Of a stretch of 64,000 bases of DNA, positions 30,285 through 38,600 are shown piece by piece (positions within the stretch are counted from its first letter, which is position 1; each line of letters opens with the position of its first letter). A program made the translations under genes and the position numbers. Origin of the DNA: a virus; IMG/VR virus record IMGVR_UViG_3300017447_000001, positions 1,227 to 65,226 of that record, one strand, 5' to 3'. Under the pieces are notes generated by a model. It saw only the letters and a list, made by a program, of their open reading frames with translations. It did no database searches and was not told the DNA's origin.

Positions 30285-31934
30285 ATGGGTAACCTGAAAT
30301 TAATTACATTCTTTCTGCGTCAGGCAAACGAGCAGCCGAATATAGTCATCGTTAAACCACCAAATCCACCAGATAATCCTGATCCCGATCCCGACCCAGA
30401 TAAGCCTGAACTAAAAATAACCCAACAACCGGTTGGGTTTAATGGCTATAGTGGTGGAGTGTTGGACTTGTCGGTGGTGGCGCCAAATGGTAAGGTATTT
30501 AACTTGTATAAAGGCGATGCACAAATCAATCAAAACACCACAGGCCAGTACCAGATTGAAGTCAGCAAAACAACCGACAGTGGTTCGTTCTATTGGATTA
30601 TAACCGATGATTACGATCAGACAGTTACTTCCGATATTGTTGAAGTTGCCATAGTAGATAAGCCTTTGGAGGTTGATGCCGATGCCCAAGCATATCTTAC
30701 CGCAGAAGGTATAACTGAACAACCATACATCAAGGCGGTAAATGATTTGGTTAAGGGCATGAAAGCTGCCAATATATTCACTAAGGCGCGTGGCATATAT
30801 TTGTATAAGGGTAATACGGGGCGTAAGAACCTGATTCGTAACTACGCTCAGTATGACATGTCTATTGGTCAAACGCCTCCGGGCTTTGACGGCAGGCCCA
30901 ACCCATTCTTTGATTATAACTACAAGGGCATTAAACAGCAGTATTCTTTTGGTAGGACAGGTATAAAACCAGCTGATTTAGGAGAAAAGATAACTATAGT
31001 TTCCTACAACGATAGACCTGCGATTAATGGTGGTCAATGGGAGTTCGGGATGGCCTATACGGCTAATAATACGGGCTTGGGGATAAGCAGAGATCAAGTC
31101 AGGGCCGGTACAACGGTGTTCACAAACAACCTAACTAAAGGGGCTGTAACGGTTAATATTTACGGAACGGGGTCTAAAGATTACTCTATTTACTTCAACA
31201 AAACCAAGCTTCCTGCAAATAGCGACAAAGGAAGTATGTCTGTGTTGCAGGATGAGATGCTGGTAGGTGCGGTTAACTTTGATGGTCAGCCAAACTACGG
31301 TGGTGGCCCCTCTACGGGTTATTATCAGGCCGCTTTGGTTGATATGGTAGAAGCAGATTGTTTTGCTTTTTACGACTTGATGGAAACGTTTCTGACTGCT
31401 TACAATGTTACTCCGAGAATAGGTGATATTGAGGCTTTTGGAGATTCTATTACCTACTCAATCGGCGCATCAGTAATGCTGAATGGTTGGATGTATAAAT
31501 TAAGTAATAAGCTTAATATGCAGATTAACAACTTTGGCGTTAGTGGTACAAGTATCCAGCAAATGATTGAAGAGAATATCCGTCCGTATACTAACGACAT
31601 ACCACGGTGGTTCTTCATCAATTATGGAACGAACGACACTGATACCCCAGTTGAACAAGAGAAAGCATACTACCGTACCAAGATCAATGCGGTGTTAGCT
31701 AAGGGCTGGCCTAAAGAAAGAATTATCCTGAATGCAGGCTACTACGGGAATGAGGCAAGACCTAACTACGCAGGAATTGTACAAGCTATTTTAGATATTG
31801 GTACAGAATACGGAATTAAGGCGTATGATAACCGTGCTATTATGTCAGGTGTGTCTGATGCTTTCTTCCACCCGGGTGACAACGCTTGTGAGGTATTGGC
31901 TGAAGCTTATTATCAACGTTTAAAAGACTTGTAA
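30285..31934 (+). CDS. Tail-associated protein: Ig-like + beta-sandwich + SGNH/GDSL esterase
   Basis: SGNH blocks FGDSIT, GVSG, NYGTND, DAFFHP; PDPDPD linker. Confidence 0.75.
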   Translation: MGNLKLITFFLRQANEQPNIVIVKPPNPPDNPDPDPDPDKPELKITQQPVGFNGYSGGVLDLSVVAPNGKVFNLYKGDAQINQNTTGQYQIEVSKTTDSGSFYWIITDDYDQTVTSDIVEVAIVDKPLEVDADAQAYLTAEGITEQPYIKAVNDLVKGMKAANIFTKARGIYLYKGNTGRKNLIRNYAQYDMSIGQTPPGFDGRPNPFFDYNYKGIKQQYSFGRTGIKPADLGEKITIVSYNDRPAINGGQWEFGMAYTANNTGLGISRDQVRAGTTVFTNNLTKGAVTVNIYGTGSKDYSIYFNKTKLPANSDKGSMSVLQDEMLVGAVNFDGQPNYGGGPSTGYYQAALVDMVEADCFAFYDLMETFLTAYNVTPRIGDIEAFGDSITYSIGASVMLNGWMYKLSNKLNMQINNFGVSGTSIQQMIEENIRPYTNDIPRWFFINYGTNDTDTPVEQEKAYYRTKINAVLAKGWPKERIILNAGYYGNEARPNYAGIVQAILDIGTEYGIKAYDNRAIMSGVSDAFFHPGDNACEVLAEAYYQRLKDL

Positions 31935-32485
31935 TGCTAACAGTAGAACAATACGATATAGCCATTCTCAATGCAAGGCTTGCGATGGCGAGGTTAGTGA
32001 CCCGACAAATCAAAAAGGAACAAGAGGGAGGCGACCCCTGCTGGGATGAACCGATAGCTTACTACAAGAAGATACGGGCAGCAGGGGCCATGCGCCCCTT
32101 AATCAATACCATCTTAGGAAGTAAGTTATACTTTGATATGGTGAGATTATCAGGAACCAACTACAACAGTTCTCTCTCTGTGCCTGATGGTTTGACTATT
32201 ATCCCTGTAGGCTCCGTTTTAGCCCCTGTAGTGGCTCCAAGTGTTGATGCGGGTGCATTATCTATCCCGATACCAGAAGGCTCTCCTATACCCTTTAAAT
32301 ACGACTATACGGGCGCTATGAAGGTCAAGTATTATTTCGTAGAATATTTGAACGTGGACGGTAGTTATACACTGGCGAATACAATACAAACGTCAAGGGA
32401 TGATGATGAGTTCACAGTAGAGATAGCGATGGATGAAGATGGTAACTCAATTGGTAATTACAGATTAAACTTAGTACTGATATGA
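31934..32485 (+). CDS. Virion/fibre-associated hypothetical protein
   Basis: 183 aa, coupled to both neighbours. Confidence 0.5.
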   Translation: MLTVEQYDIAILNARLAMARLVTRQIKKEQEGGDPCWDEPIAYYKKIRAAGAMRPLINTILGSKLYFDMVRLSGTNYNSSLSVPDGLTIIPVGSVLAPVVAPSVDAGALSIPIPEGSPIPFKYDYTGAMKVKYYFVEYLNVDGSYTLANTIQTSRDDDEFTVEIAMDEDGNSIGNYRLNLVLI

Positions 32486-33165
32486 AGCATTTAAAAACAA
32501 TATACATTTTCCTTATCAGCTTCATGTCCGGCTGTATGAGTGTGATGGCGCAAGTCCAGCCTGACAGTGTAAGGTTAAGTGGCATGACAGATATACCAGG
32601 GGGCTTACAGTGGTCGTATAAGACCGTAGGAGGCACTGTACTGTACAACGGGTATAACCCTAAGACTGGGAAGTATAGTCTGTTCTACCCCGCCCAATGG
32701 ATCAATAGGAACGTACTGTTTAACAAGCCTGATTCGTCGGGCTTTTATCCGTTTGTAAGGGTATTTAAAGGAGAAGGGCCAAGAGACATCAAAACATTAC
32801 CTGATAATATCTTTGGGTATGTGGACAGGCGTTCTTTCCCTCAAAAGATAACAGGATTCCCAGACACCACAAGTTTACGGTTTAACTTTCTAAAGGTTGG
32901 AGACTTGCAGCGCGGGTATATGCTGGCGGGTACATGGGACAAAGACGAACTATTTTTCAGCAGGGGTTTTGCAGGAGACTACAGAGGGTGGCATCAGGTA
33001 GCGTTTCTGGATCAGCTAACCAACGTGGTACGTTTTGTTACCCCTCCGACAACAAAGACCTCTCCTGGTACAGCGGGAACGTTAGCGTACAACAATGGTT
33101 ACTTTTATATATGTGTAAGTACAAATCACTGGGAGCGTATGCCGTACGACCCAACAAACTGGTAG
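32482..33165 (+). CDS. Tail-fibre-like protein with predicted Sec signal peptide
   Basis: [25 protein letters not shown]-terminus; C-terminal [19 protein letters not shown]...W fibre motif. Confidence 0.6.
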   Translation: MKHLKTIYIFLISFMSGCMSVMAQVQPDSVRLSGMTDIPGGLQWSYKTVGGTVLYNGYNPKTGKYSLFYPAQWINRNVLFNKPDSSGFYPFVRVFKGEGPRDIKTLPDNIFGYVDRRSFPQKITGFPDTTSLRFNFLKVGDLQRGYMLAGTWDKDELFFSRGFAGDYRGWHQVAFLDQLTNVVRFVTPPTTKTSPGTAGTLAYNNGYFYICVSTNHWERMPYDPTNW

Positions 33166-33169
33166 TGAT

Positions 33170-35008
33170 ATGAAAAAGTTATTATTAATGACAGCCCTCT
33201 TGTGTGTACTGGTGAGGGTGAACTACGGACAGCAGGTACAGGCACAGTCTACCAGGCTGATGATTTATGTAAATGACGCCAAGGAGTTAGAATACATAGC
33301 ACCTGGAACAACACCAAACATACTAACCACGAGTGTTATTTACACGTACAAGACGTATGGTGCTGACGAGCAAAGGATATACTACTGGCGCACTGGGCCG
33401 ATAACTAATAGTAGTACAGAAAACTTAGCCACGATGTTAGCGAACCGTTTCTATATTGTTCCTAAAGATACGACAGGGGGTATAGTGAGGAATATGGCGG
33501 GTGTCGGCTACTGGTCAAGGGCAAGAACATTTATTGATGCCACATTTGTCAGGAACTTGGATAGTACATTGATTGCAAGAGGATTTCCTAAAGGAGTGAT
33601 ACCAACGAACAATCTACAATTAGTTAATGGCGCAGGTTACATCACGTTAAGTACAGGCAACCAGAACTACGTTAGACGAAGTGAGATTGGTACACTGACA
33701 GGGCCGCAAGGACAGCAAGGGCCACAGGGTGTAGTAGGGCCAACGGGTCAGACTGGAGCTACTGGAAGCCAAGGCCCAATTGGTTTAACTGGCCCACAAG
33801 GTCCGGCGGGTAAAGATGGCGCCAATGGTAAGGATGGTACAAATGGGAGCAACGGTATAGATGGCGCTGTAGGTGCTCAGGGTTTAAAGGGCGACCAAGG
33901 CTTACAGGGCATCCAAGGCCCGAAAGGAGACAAAGGTGATACTGGGACGACCGGATTGACGGGCGCTACTGGTACAACAGGTGCTACTGGATTGCAAGGC
34001 ATCAAAGGCGATAAGGGCGACACCGGGGCGCAAGGGCCGATTGGTTTAACAGGAGCAACAGGGCCTGCTGGGTCGCAAGGTATACAAGGCACAACAGGTC
34101 AAACGGGGGCTACAGGAAGCACAGGGCCACAAGGACCAGCAGGAACGCCAGCAACTCCCAATACAGCCTCTACGCCGCTTTTAATTACGGGAAACAATAT
34201 ATCTATCCAAACAGCATCAAGTACGCTTACAGGAGCTCTAACCGCGTCTGATTGGAACACGTTTAACAACAAGCTATCCGGTATCACTTCCGCACAGGTA
34301 GCTACAGCGCTTGGTTATACCCCTTACAATGGCACAACCAATCCTAATGGTTATCTAACCTCTGTACCGGTGACAAGTGTGTTTGGACGTACAGGCGCTA
34401 TAACAGCCCAGACAGGCGATTACAGCGCGTTTTACAAGCCTATAGGGTATACACCCACCTCAGCAGAGATAACGTCTTCACTGGGCTATACGCCCTATAA
34501 TTCGACCAACCCTGCTGGATATATCAGTAGCTATACTGAAACAGACCCGCTGTACACAACCAATGGTACTCCTAAGTCCAGAACAGTAGCTACAGGCTAT
34601 GGATTGACAGGAGGAGGTGATTTAAGCGCTAACAGGACGCTTTTGGCAGACACGGCAAGTGCAACAGGTTTAGTAAGTAAAACCCGCCTAAACGCCTCTT
34701 TGGCAGGTGTGGTGAAGAATGTTTTATTAGGAGGAGGTACAGCCTCGTTTACGACATCCTCTTTATTAGCGGGTGGTACAAATACGGTTACGGTTCCACT
34801 TAACCAGACATTCAGTGACACTAATTATCAGATTACTCAACCTATGATACTGGGCAGCGGTGGTGTGGTATTGCTGGGTGGCACGTTCACGCTGGTGAGC
34901 ATTGTAAAGAACACAACGAGCGTGGTAATAACGTTGCGGAATAATGCTTTACTTGCTTTGGCGGTCACGGGCACGATAGATATAGAAGCTATGAAGGTGG
35001 TTTTGTAG
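33170..35008 (+). CDS. Collagen-like fibre protein with predicted Sec signal peptide
   Basis: [23 protein letters not shown]-terminus; 50 uninterrupted Gly-X-Y triplets; two ALGYTPYN-type repeats. Confidence 0.8.
   Translation: MKKLLLMTALLCVLVRVNYGQQVQAQSTRLMIYVNDAKELEYIAPGTTPNILTTSVIYTYKTYGADEQRIYYWRTGPITNSSTENLATMLANRFYIVPKDTTGGIVRNMAGVGYWSRARTFIDATFVRNLDSTLIARGFPKGVIPTNNLQLVNGAGYITLSTGNQNYVRRSEIGTLTGPQGQQGPQGVVGPTGQTGATGSQGPIGLTGPQGPAGKDGANGKDGTNGSNGIDGAVGAQGLKGDQGLQGIQGPKGDKGDTGTTGLTGATGTTGATGLQGIKGDKGDTGAQGPIGLTGATGPAGSQGIQGTTGQTGATGSTGPQGPAGTPATPNTASTPLLITGNNISIQTASSTLTGALTASDWNTFNNKLSGITSAQVATALGYTPYNGTTNPNGYLTSVPVTSVFGRTGAITAQTGDYSAFYKPIGYTPTSAEITSSLGYTPYNSTNPAGYISSYTETDPLYTTNGTPKSRTVATGYGLTGGGDLSANRTLLADTASATGLVSKTRLNASLAGVVKNVLLGGGTASFTTSSLLAGGTNTVTVPLNQTFSDTNYQITQPMILGSGGVVLLGGTFTLVSIVKNTTSVVITLRNNALLALAVTGTIDIEAMKVVL
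33701..34150 (+). repeat. (Gly-X-Y)50 collagen repeat
   Basis: Counted GPQ...GTP, 450 nt. Confidence 0.9.
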
Positions 35009-35028
35009 AGCTAAAAAGAATATTTATC

Positions 35029-35058
35029 AAGCACTTCTCAAAAAGGAGTGCTTTTTTT
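35029..35058 (+). terminator. Intrinsic terminator ending the fibre operon
   Basis: AAGCACTTCT/GGAGTGCTT stem plus T-run; TATCTTTG promoter element follows at 35073-35080. Confidence 0.75.
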
Positions 35059-35085
35059 ATTTAAACGATTTCTATCTTTGGGGGC

Positions 35086-35208
35086 ATGAGACAGCAACCG
35101 ACAACAAAAGAGTTCATGGCGATCAGCGAAACCAATAAGGCTAAGATGAAATTGTTCTTTATAATCGCCATGGTACTCTTGTTCGGCTGTTTCAAAGTAA
35201 TCACTTAA
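35086..35208 (+). CDS. Small ORF consisting of a lipoprotein signal plus 6 residues (mature CFKVIT)
   Basis: Own translation: MRQQPTTKEFMAISETNKAKMKLFFIIAMVLLFGCFKVIT; alternative start ATG 35146; not in ORF track. Confidence 0.5.
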   Translation: MRQQPTTKEFMAISETNKAKMKLFFIIAMVLLFGCFKVIT

Positions 35209-35222
35209 ATTTCAAAAGGAAC

Positions 35223-35441
35223 ATGAAAAGCGTTAAAGAAATCGTTGCGGCTGTGCAGGCGTTAACGAAAGAGAAGAAACAAGAGTTATACTCTTTATTA
35301 GGCTTAGGCGGCACTGTAAATACACAGGGCGATGAAGATCCGACAGGTGATGATCCAGACACTGTGCCTGTGCCAGATGCTAATGGACGTTGTCCTGAAG
35401 GGTGGTATAACTCTGGTGGTGTTTGCAAGCGTGATTTGTAA
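35223..35441 (+). CDS. 72 aa peptide with possible Gly-Gly leader and C-terminal Cys pair
   Basis: ...KQELYSLLGLGG then acidic Pro-rich core ending CPEGWYNSGGVCKRDL. Confidence 0.6.
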   Translation: MKSVKEIVAAVQALTKEKKQELYSLLGLGGTVNTQGDEDPTGDDPDTVPVPDANGRCPEGWYNSGGVCKRDL

Positions 35442-35444
35442 GCC

Positions 35445-35828
35445 ATGAAGAACGCCAGGGCATTGATGATGGGTGTATTGCTTGTAGCCTATTGTATATT
35501 CTTTGTTTACTACCTCTCCAATTTCGAGCATCCTCTTGTTTCCTTTCATGTTATAAAAGGTTCTATTTATATAGCTTTTGCAGTGGTTATGTTAGCTACT
35601 TGGGTTGATGAGATAATAGGTTACACATCTTATATTCATCAATATGTCAACTGGCTAAATAAACTAACGCTTTCTGTTTCCTTTATTTTAATAGCACTAT
35701 ACCACTTTGATATTATAAGTGAAACCATTGATGAGTTTTATATTTTTATAGCCGCCATGGTAGTCTACACCATCATACTATTGTACAAGTGTTATAAAAA
35801 AGGCTTATTCAGCAAGGCACAAGTTTAA
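35445..35828 (+). CDS. Small membrane protein, about 4 TM helices
   Basis: Four hydrophobic stretches; terminator AGCCCC/GGGGCT+T6 at 35856-35881. Confidence 0.7.
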   Translation: MKNARALMMGVLLVAYCIFFVYYLSNFEHPLVSFHVIKGSIYIAFAVVMLATWVDEIIGYTSYIHQYVNWLNKLTLSVSFILIALYHFDIISETIDEFYIFIAAMVVYTIILLYKCYKKGLFSKAQV

Positions 35829-35983
35829 TTCTGTTTTCTTTCCATTCCCATGATTAGCCCCCGTAACAAGGGGCTTTTTTTGTTATAACCAAAAGTATGG
35901 CGCTTATAACCATTTAGAATTTGCGCCACGATGTAAGTTGAACTATACTTGCATTGGCAATACCGCCAAATAAACTCGACAAA

Positions 35984-36400
35984 ATGAAACTGGTAAATCC
36001 TAAAATTACTATTCTTATTGGTGTAGATTACACTACGATAGAACTGCATGATTCTTTATCTGGCGTAACGCTGGCTGATATTAAACTAACACCCGAACAG
36101 TTATCCTCTGCTTTGAGTAGGGTAGGTTATACCCCCTGTGAGGCTGAAGTACATAACCTTGATAAAGTTGGTAAAAAGCAAGAGATTAAAAAACACACAT
36201 TTGATATGCCTGAAAAGTATACTTACGAAGAAAGGAACGCTTTGGCGTATAAATTAGCTTTAGAGACATGTCCAGAAGGCTGGGAGCCTGACAATTACTT
36301 TAATAGTCAAGATTCGTTTTCTGGTAGTGGTGCTAATACAACGGCCAGATGTACTATTAGAAGATGGATAACACCAACCGATATTGACCCACTTAGTTAG
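35984..36400 (+). CDS. Hypothetical protein in its own promoter-terminator cassette
   Basis: TATACTTG variant element at 35945-35952; terminator at 36420-36453. Confidence 0.6.
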   Translation: MKLVNPKITILIGVDYTTIELHDSLSGVTLADIKLTPEQLSSALSRVGYTPCEAEVHNLDKVGKKQEIKKHTFDMPEKYTYEERNALAYKLALETCPEGWEPDNYFNSQDSFSGSGANTTARCTIRRWITPTDIDPLS

Positions 36401-36499
36401 TCGAGTTTCTATTTGGTTCAAGCCCTTTCGTCTATGCACGGAGGGGCTTTTTTATTTTGCCCTAATCTCCCTATATTTGGAGCATACAACAACCACCGC

Positions 36500-36568
36500 A
36501 TGAGAGAAGATACAAGATTAGTGGCACCAATTTGGCGGGTTAAGAACCAAAGGAAAGAAGCGCCATGA
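36500..36568 (+). CDS. Short leader ORF (22 aa) coupled to the next gene
   Basis: MREDTRLVAPIWRVKNQRKEAP; follows TATATTTG 36472-36479; ATGA overlap with 36565. Confidence 0.35.
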   Translation: MREDTRLVAPIWRVKNQRKEAP

Positions 36569-37152
36569 ATTTAGTGAGAAAGACCTACATATATATCCTG
36601 TTAACCATTGTCGTCAGTGCATTCTCGTGCATGATGCACAAAAGAGCTGTTGTCTCTGCTTCTCCGGCTCCCATCAATGGGGTTGTTGTCGAGAACACCA
36701 TTATTAAGCCCGTAGAGACAGTTAAACAACCTGCCCCTTATACATACCCATCGCCTGGATTTAAGCTCTACAGAGACAGTATAACAGCGTTCTGGCGTAA
36801 CGTGAGCAGCAAGTCAGATGACATCTCACTGAAACAGGACAGAATGTTATCCAAAATGGACACTGCGATGATGCGCCAGATGGTGAATAGTCAGAATATC
36901 AACAACTTGCTATATATATTGTCACAGCAGACTGTTGATATTAACCGTTTGAACAAGACAGTGGACGTGTTAAGCAAAAAAGCTACGGTTAGTAAAGAAA
37001 CCAAACAACAGGCGTTATTCAGCGGTGCGGTAGTAAAAAGCGCGGTGTATTTAAACTTTGCCCTGCTTATTATCATCATACTCATCAGTCTTTTTAATCT
37101 TATCTTTGCCCTCACAAAACGAACCACTAATCTCAAAACCGAACCTAAATAA
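36565..37152 (+). CDS. Lipoprotein with coiled coil and C-terminal TM helix (unimolecular-spanin-like topology)
   Basis: Lipobox-like VSAFS-C at residue 22; C-terminal LNFALLIIIILISLFNLIFAL. Confidence 0.55.
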   Translation: MNLVRKTYIYILLTIVVSAFSCMMHKRAVVSASPAPINGVVVENTIIKPVETVKQPAPYTYPSPGFKLYRDSITAFWRNVSSKSDDISLKQDRMLSKMDTAMMRQMVNSQNINNLLYILSQQTVDINRLNKTVDVLSKKATVSKETKQQALFSGAVVKSAVYLNFALLIIIILISLFNLIFALTKRTTNLKTEPK

Positions 37153-37463
37153 TGGAAGATAACAATGTTACCCCGCCTGCCGGAAGCGATTTCGCGAGAT
37201 GGTGGAATGTTGTTATAGTGGTACTAACAGGCATCCAGACTGTCTTTCTTAATGTTTTCTTAGCTTCTTCTTTAATATTCTTTGTAGTGACACGGGAGGC
37301 TGCACAATTGCAGATCACGCAGATCATTGGCGTCAGTAAGTATGCGATATTATTTTTAGCTTTACTCATCACCTGGATCGTAAGTGGCCTGATAAGTGGG
37401 ATAAAGGGTGTTACTACATTGGTGGCACTGGTACGTAAGGTTAAATTCAAAGACGATGAGTAA
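37152..37463 (+). CDS. Two-TM holin-like membrane protein
   Basis: Two long hydrophobic segments and a charged tail RKVKFKDDE. Confidence 0.5.
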   Translation: MEDNNVTPPAGSDFARWWNVVIVVLTGIQTVFLNVFLASSLIFFVVTREAAQLQITQIIGVSKYAILFLALLITWIVSGLISGIKGVTTLVALVRKVKFKDDE

Positions 37464-37836
37464 GTATATGAGCAGTGAATTTCTACATACATGCGGGGTA
37501 GGCATCTCTGTACTGAACGGGGCGTTGATGATATTGTGTCTGGTGATTGGCATTAAGGAGTTCATGCGCCTGTTAGCCCCTGAGACGAAAGACAACCGTT
37601 CGTTCCACTGGTTGATGCTTTCTTTGGTGCTATCGTTTCTGGTGGCAAATTACTACGCTTACCATCGGTTCTACGATGCGTGGGTGAAGGCTGAGGTGGT
37701 ACATATCCAGATGGATCTAATTATGATGGGTGTTAAAGACAGGGCAGCAATGGGCGTATGTGGTATTATTATGTACCTGCTGTCCTCCCGTTACAGGGGT
37801 AGCTGGTTTGAGGGTAAATACGAAGACGAGGACTAA
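37456..37836 (+). CDS. Small membrane protein, about 3 TM helices
   Basis: Start at ATG 37456 overlapping the previous gene; hydrophobic segments. Confidence 0.6.
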   Translation: MSKYMSSEFLHTCGVGISVLNGALMILCLVIGIKEFMRLLAPETKDNRSFHWLMLSLVLSFLVANYYAYHRFYDAWVKAEVVHIQMDLIMMGVKDRAAMGVCGIIMYLLSSRYRGSWFEGKYEDED

Positions 37837-37959
37837 CGTTATAACCAAATGTACTACATACCCTGTGTAGTGTTATAATAAATTGGAATAACCAAGTGAT
37901 ACTTTCTTGCTGTATGTTTGTAGTGTCAGCAATGGTGCTGATATAAAAATGTTGCAAAC

Positions 37960-38259
37960 ATGGATAAGCAAAGATTTCTTTTAACAAAAGAAGAATTAGA
38001 ACGTCAAATAGCAGATTTAAAGAATAGGTTAAATGACGCAAAAAATGAATACATCGAAAGTAATTCAAAATTTAAGCTGTTAGATCGTGTTATAGTCACA
38101 AACGGCAAGGGTCAACAAAGGGAAGTTTCTGTTTGTGGTTTTGAATTGAACTACAGTAATGATGTAACAATTAAGGCTAAGAAAATAAAAAAAGACGGTT
38201 CAGTGTCTGTTCAAAGTGATTACATTTGGCATAGTGAGAAGTTAACACTTAAAGATTAA
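37960..38259 (+). CDS. Hypothetical protein (coiled coil plus SH3/KOW-like beta part)
   Basis: 99 aa; own TATGTTTG element at 37913-37920. Confidence 0.6.
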   Translation: MDKQRFLLTKEELERQIADLKNRLNDAKNEYIESNSKFKLLDRVIVTNGKGQQREVSVCGFELNYSNDVTIKAKKIKKDGSVSVQSDYIWHSEKLTLKD

Positions 38260-38294
38260 CCCGTAGTTTCCCGCAACGTTCTGCGGGTTATGGG

Positions 38295-38363
38295 TCGCGA
38301 GTAACTCAATGGAAGAGTGGGGGAGGCATCTCACGGTTGCGGGTTCGACTCCCGCCTCGCGAA
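38295..38363 (+). tRNA. tRNA-like RNA with truncated anticodon arm (pseudo-tRNA or tRNA mimic)
   Basis: Acceptor TCGCGAG/CTCGCGA, D arm ACTC-AATGGAA-GAGT, T arm GCGGG-TTCGACT-CCCGC; only 20 nt between D and T arms (usually 23), no canonical 7 nt anticodon loop; no encoded CCA. Confidence 0.75.
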
Positions 38364-38446
38364 CTGTGCTGGTAAGAATCCAGCTGGTTGGCCGACAGTC
38401 TTTGTGGACTTTCGCATGGTTTTTTAAAAACCCACATGGCGTGGCT

Positions 38447-38481
38447 AAAAACTCCTGCATCGGAAACGACAGGGGTTTTTT
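38447..38481 (+). terminator. Terminator-like hairpin with GAAA tetraloop
   Basis: ACTCCTG-CA-TCG-GAAA-CGA-CAGGGGT plus T-run; TACTTTTG element at 38481-38488 follows. Confidence 0.65.
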
Positions 38482-38495
38482 ACTTTTGTACTATT

Positions 38496-38600
38496 ATGAA
38501 GATTGACAACAACCTGTACCCCAGTTGGTGCTTAGTTCCAATTTGTATTTTATTCGTACTTTTGAGTATGCTACAGGCATGTAATACTTACAAGATATGA
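38496..38600 (+). CDS. Small ORF: hydrophobic signal plus lipobox-like LQA-C and 6 residues (mature CNTYKI)
   Basis: MKIDNNLYPSWCLVPICILFVLLSMLQACNTYKI; ATGA overlap with the endolysin start. Confidence 0.5.
   Translation: MKIDNNLYPSWCLVPICILFVLLSMLQACNTYKI

Noticed and set aside
836-34821. Many minus-strand ORFs inside the structural arm, and plus-strand ORFs inside 41-63 kb
   Set aside because: They are shadows of longer genes on the dominant strand, with no recognisable motifs or leaders
35954-36400. CPEGW shared between the 72 aa peptide and this protein as evidence of a relationship
   Set aside because: Five-residue match with no other similarity; probably coincidental
38319-38338. 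Reading the 38295 element as a functional tRNA-Ala(GGC)
   Set aside because: It needs a 3 bp stem and a GA-GGC-AT loop lacking the pyrimidine-32/U33 pattern; the arm is 3 nt too short
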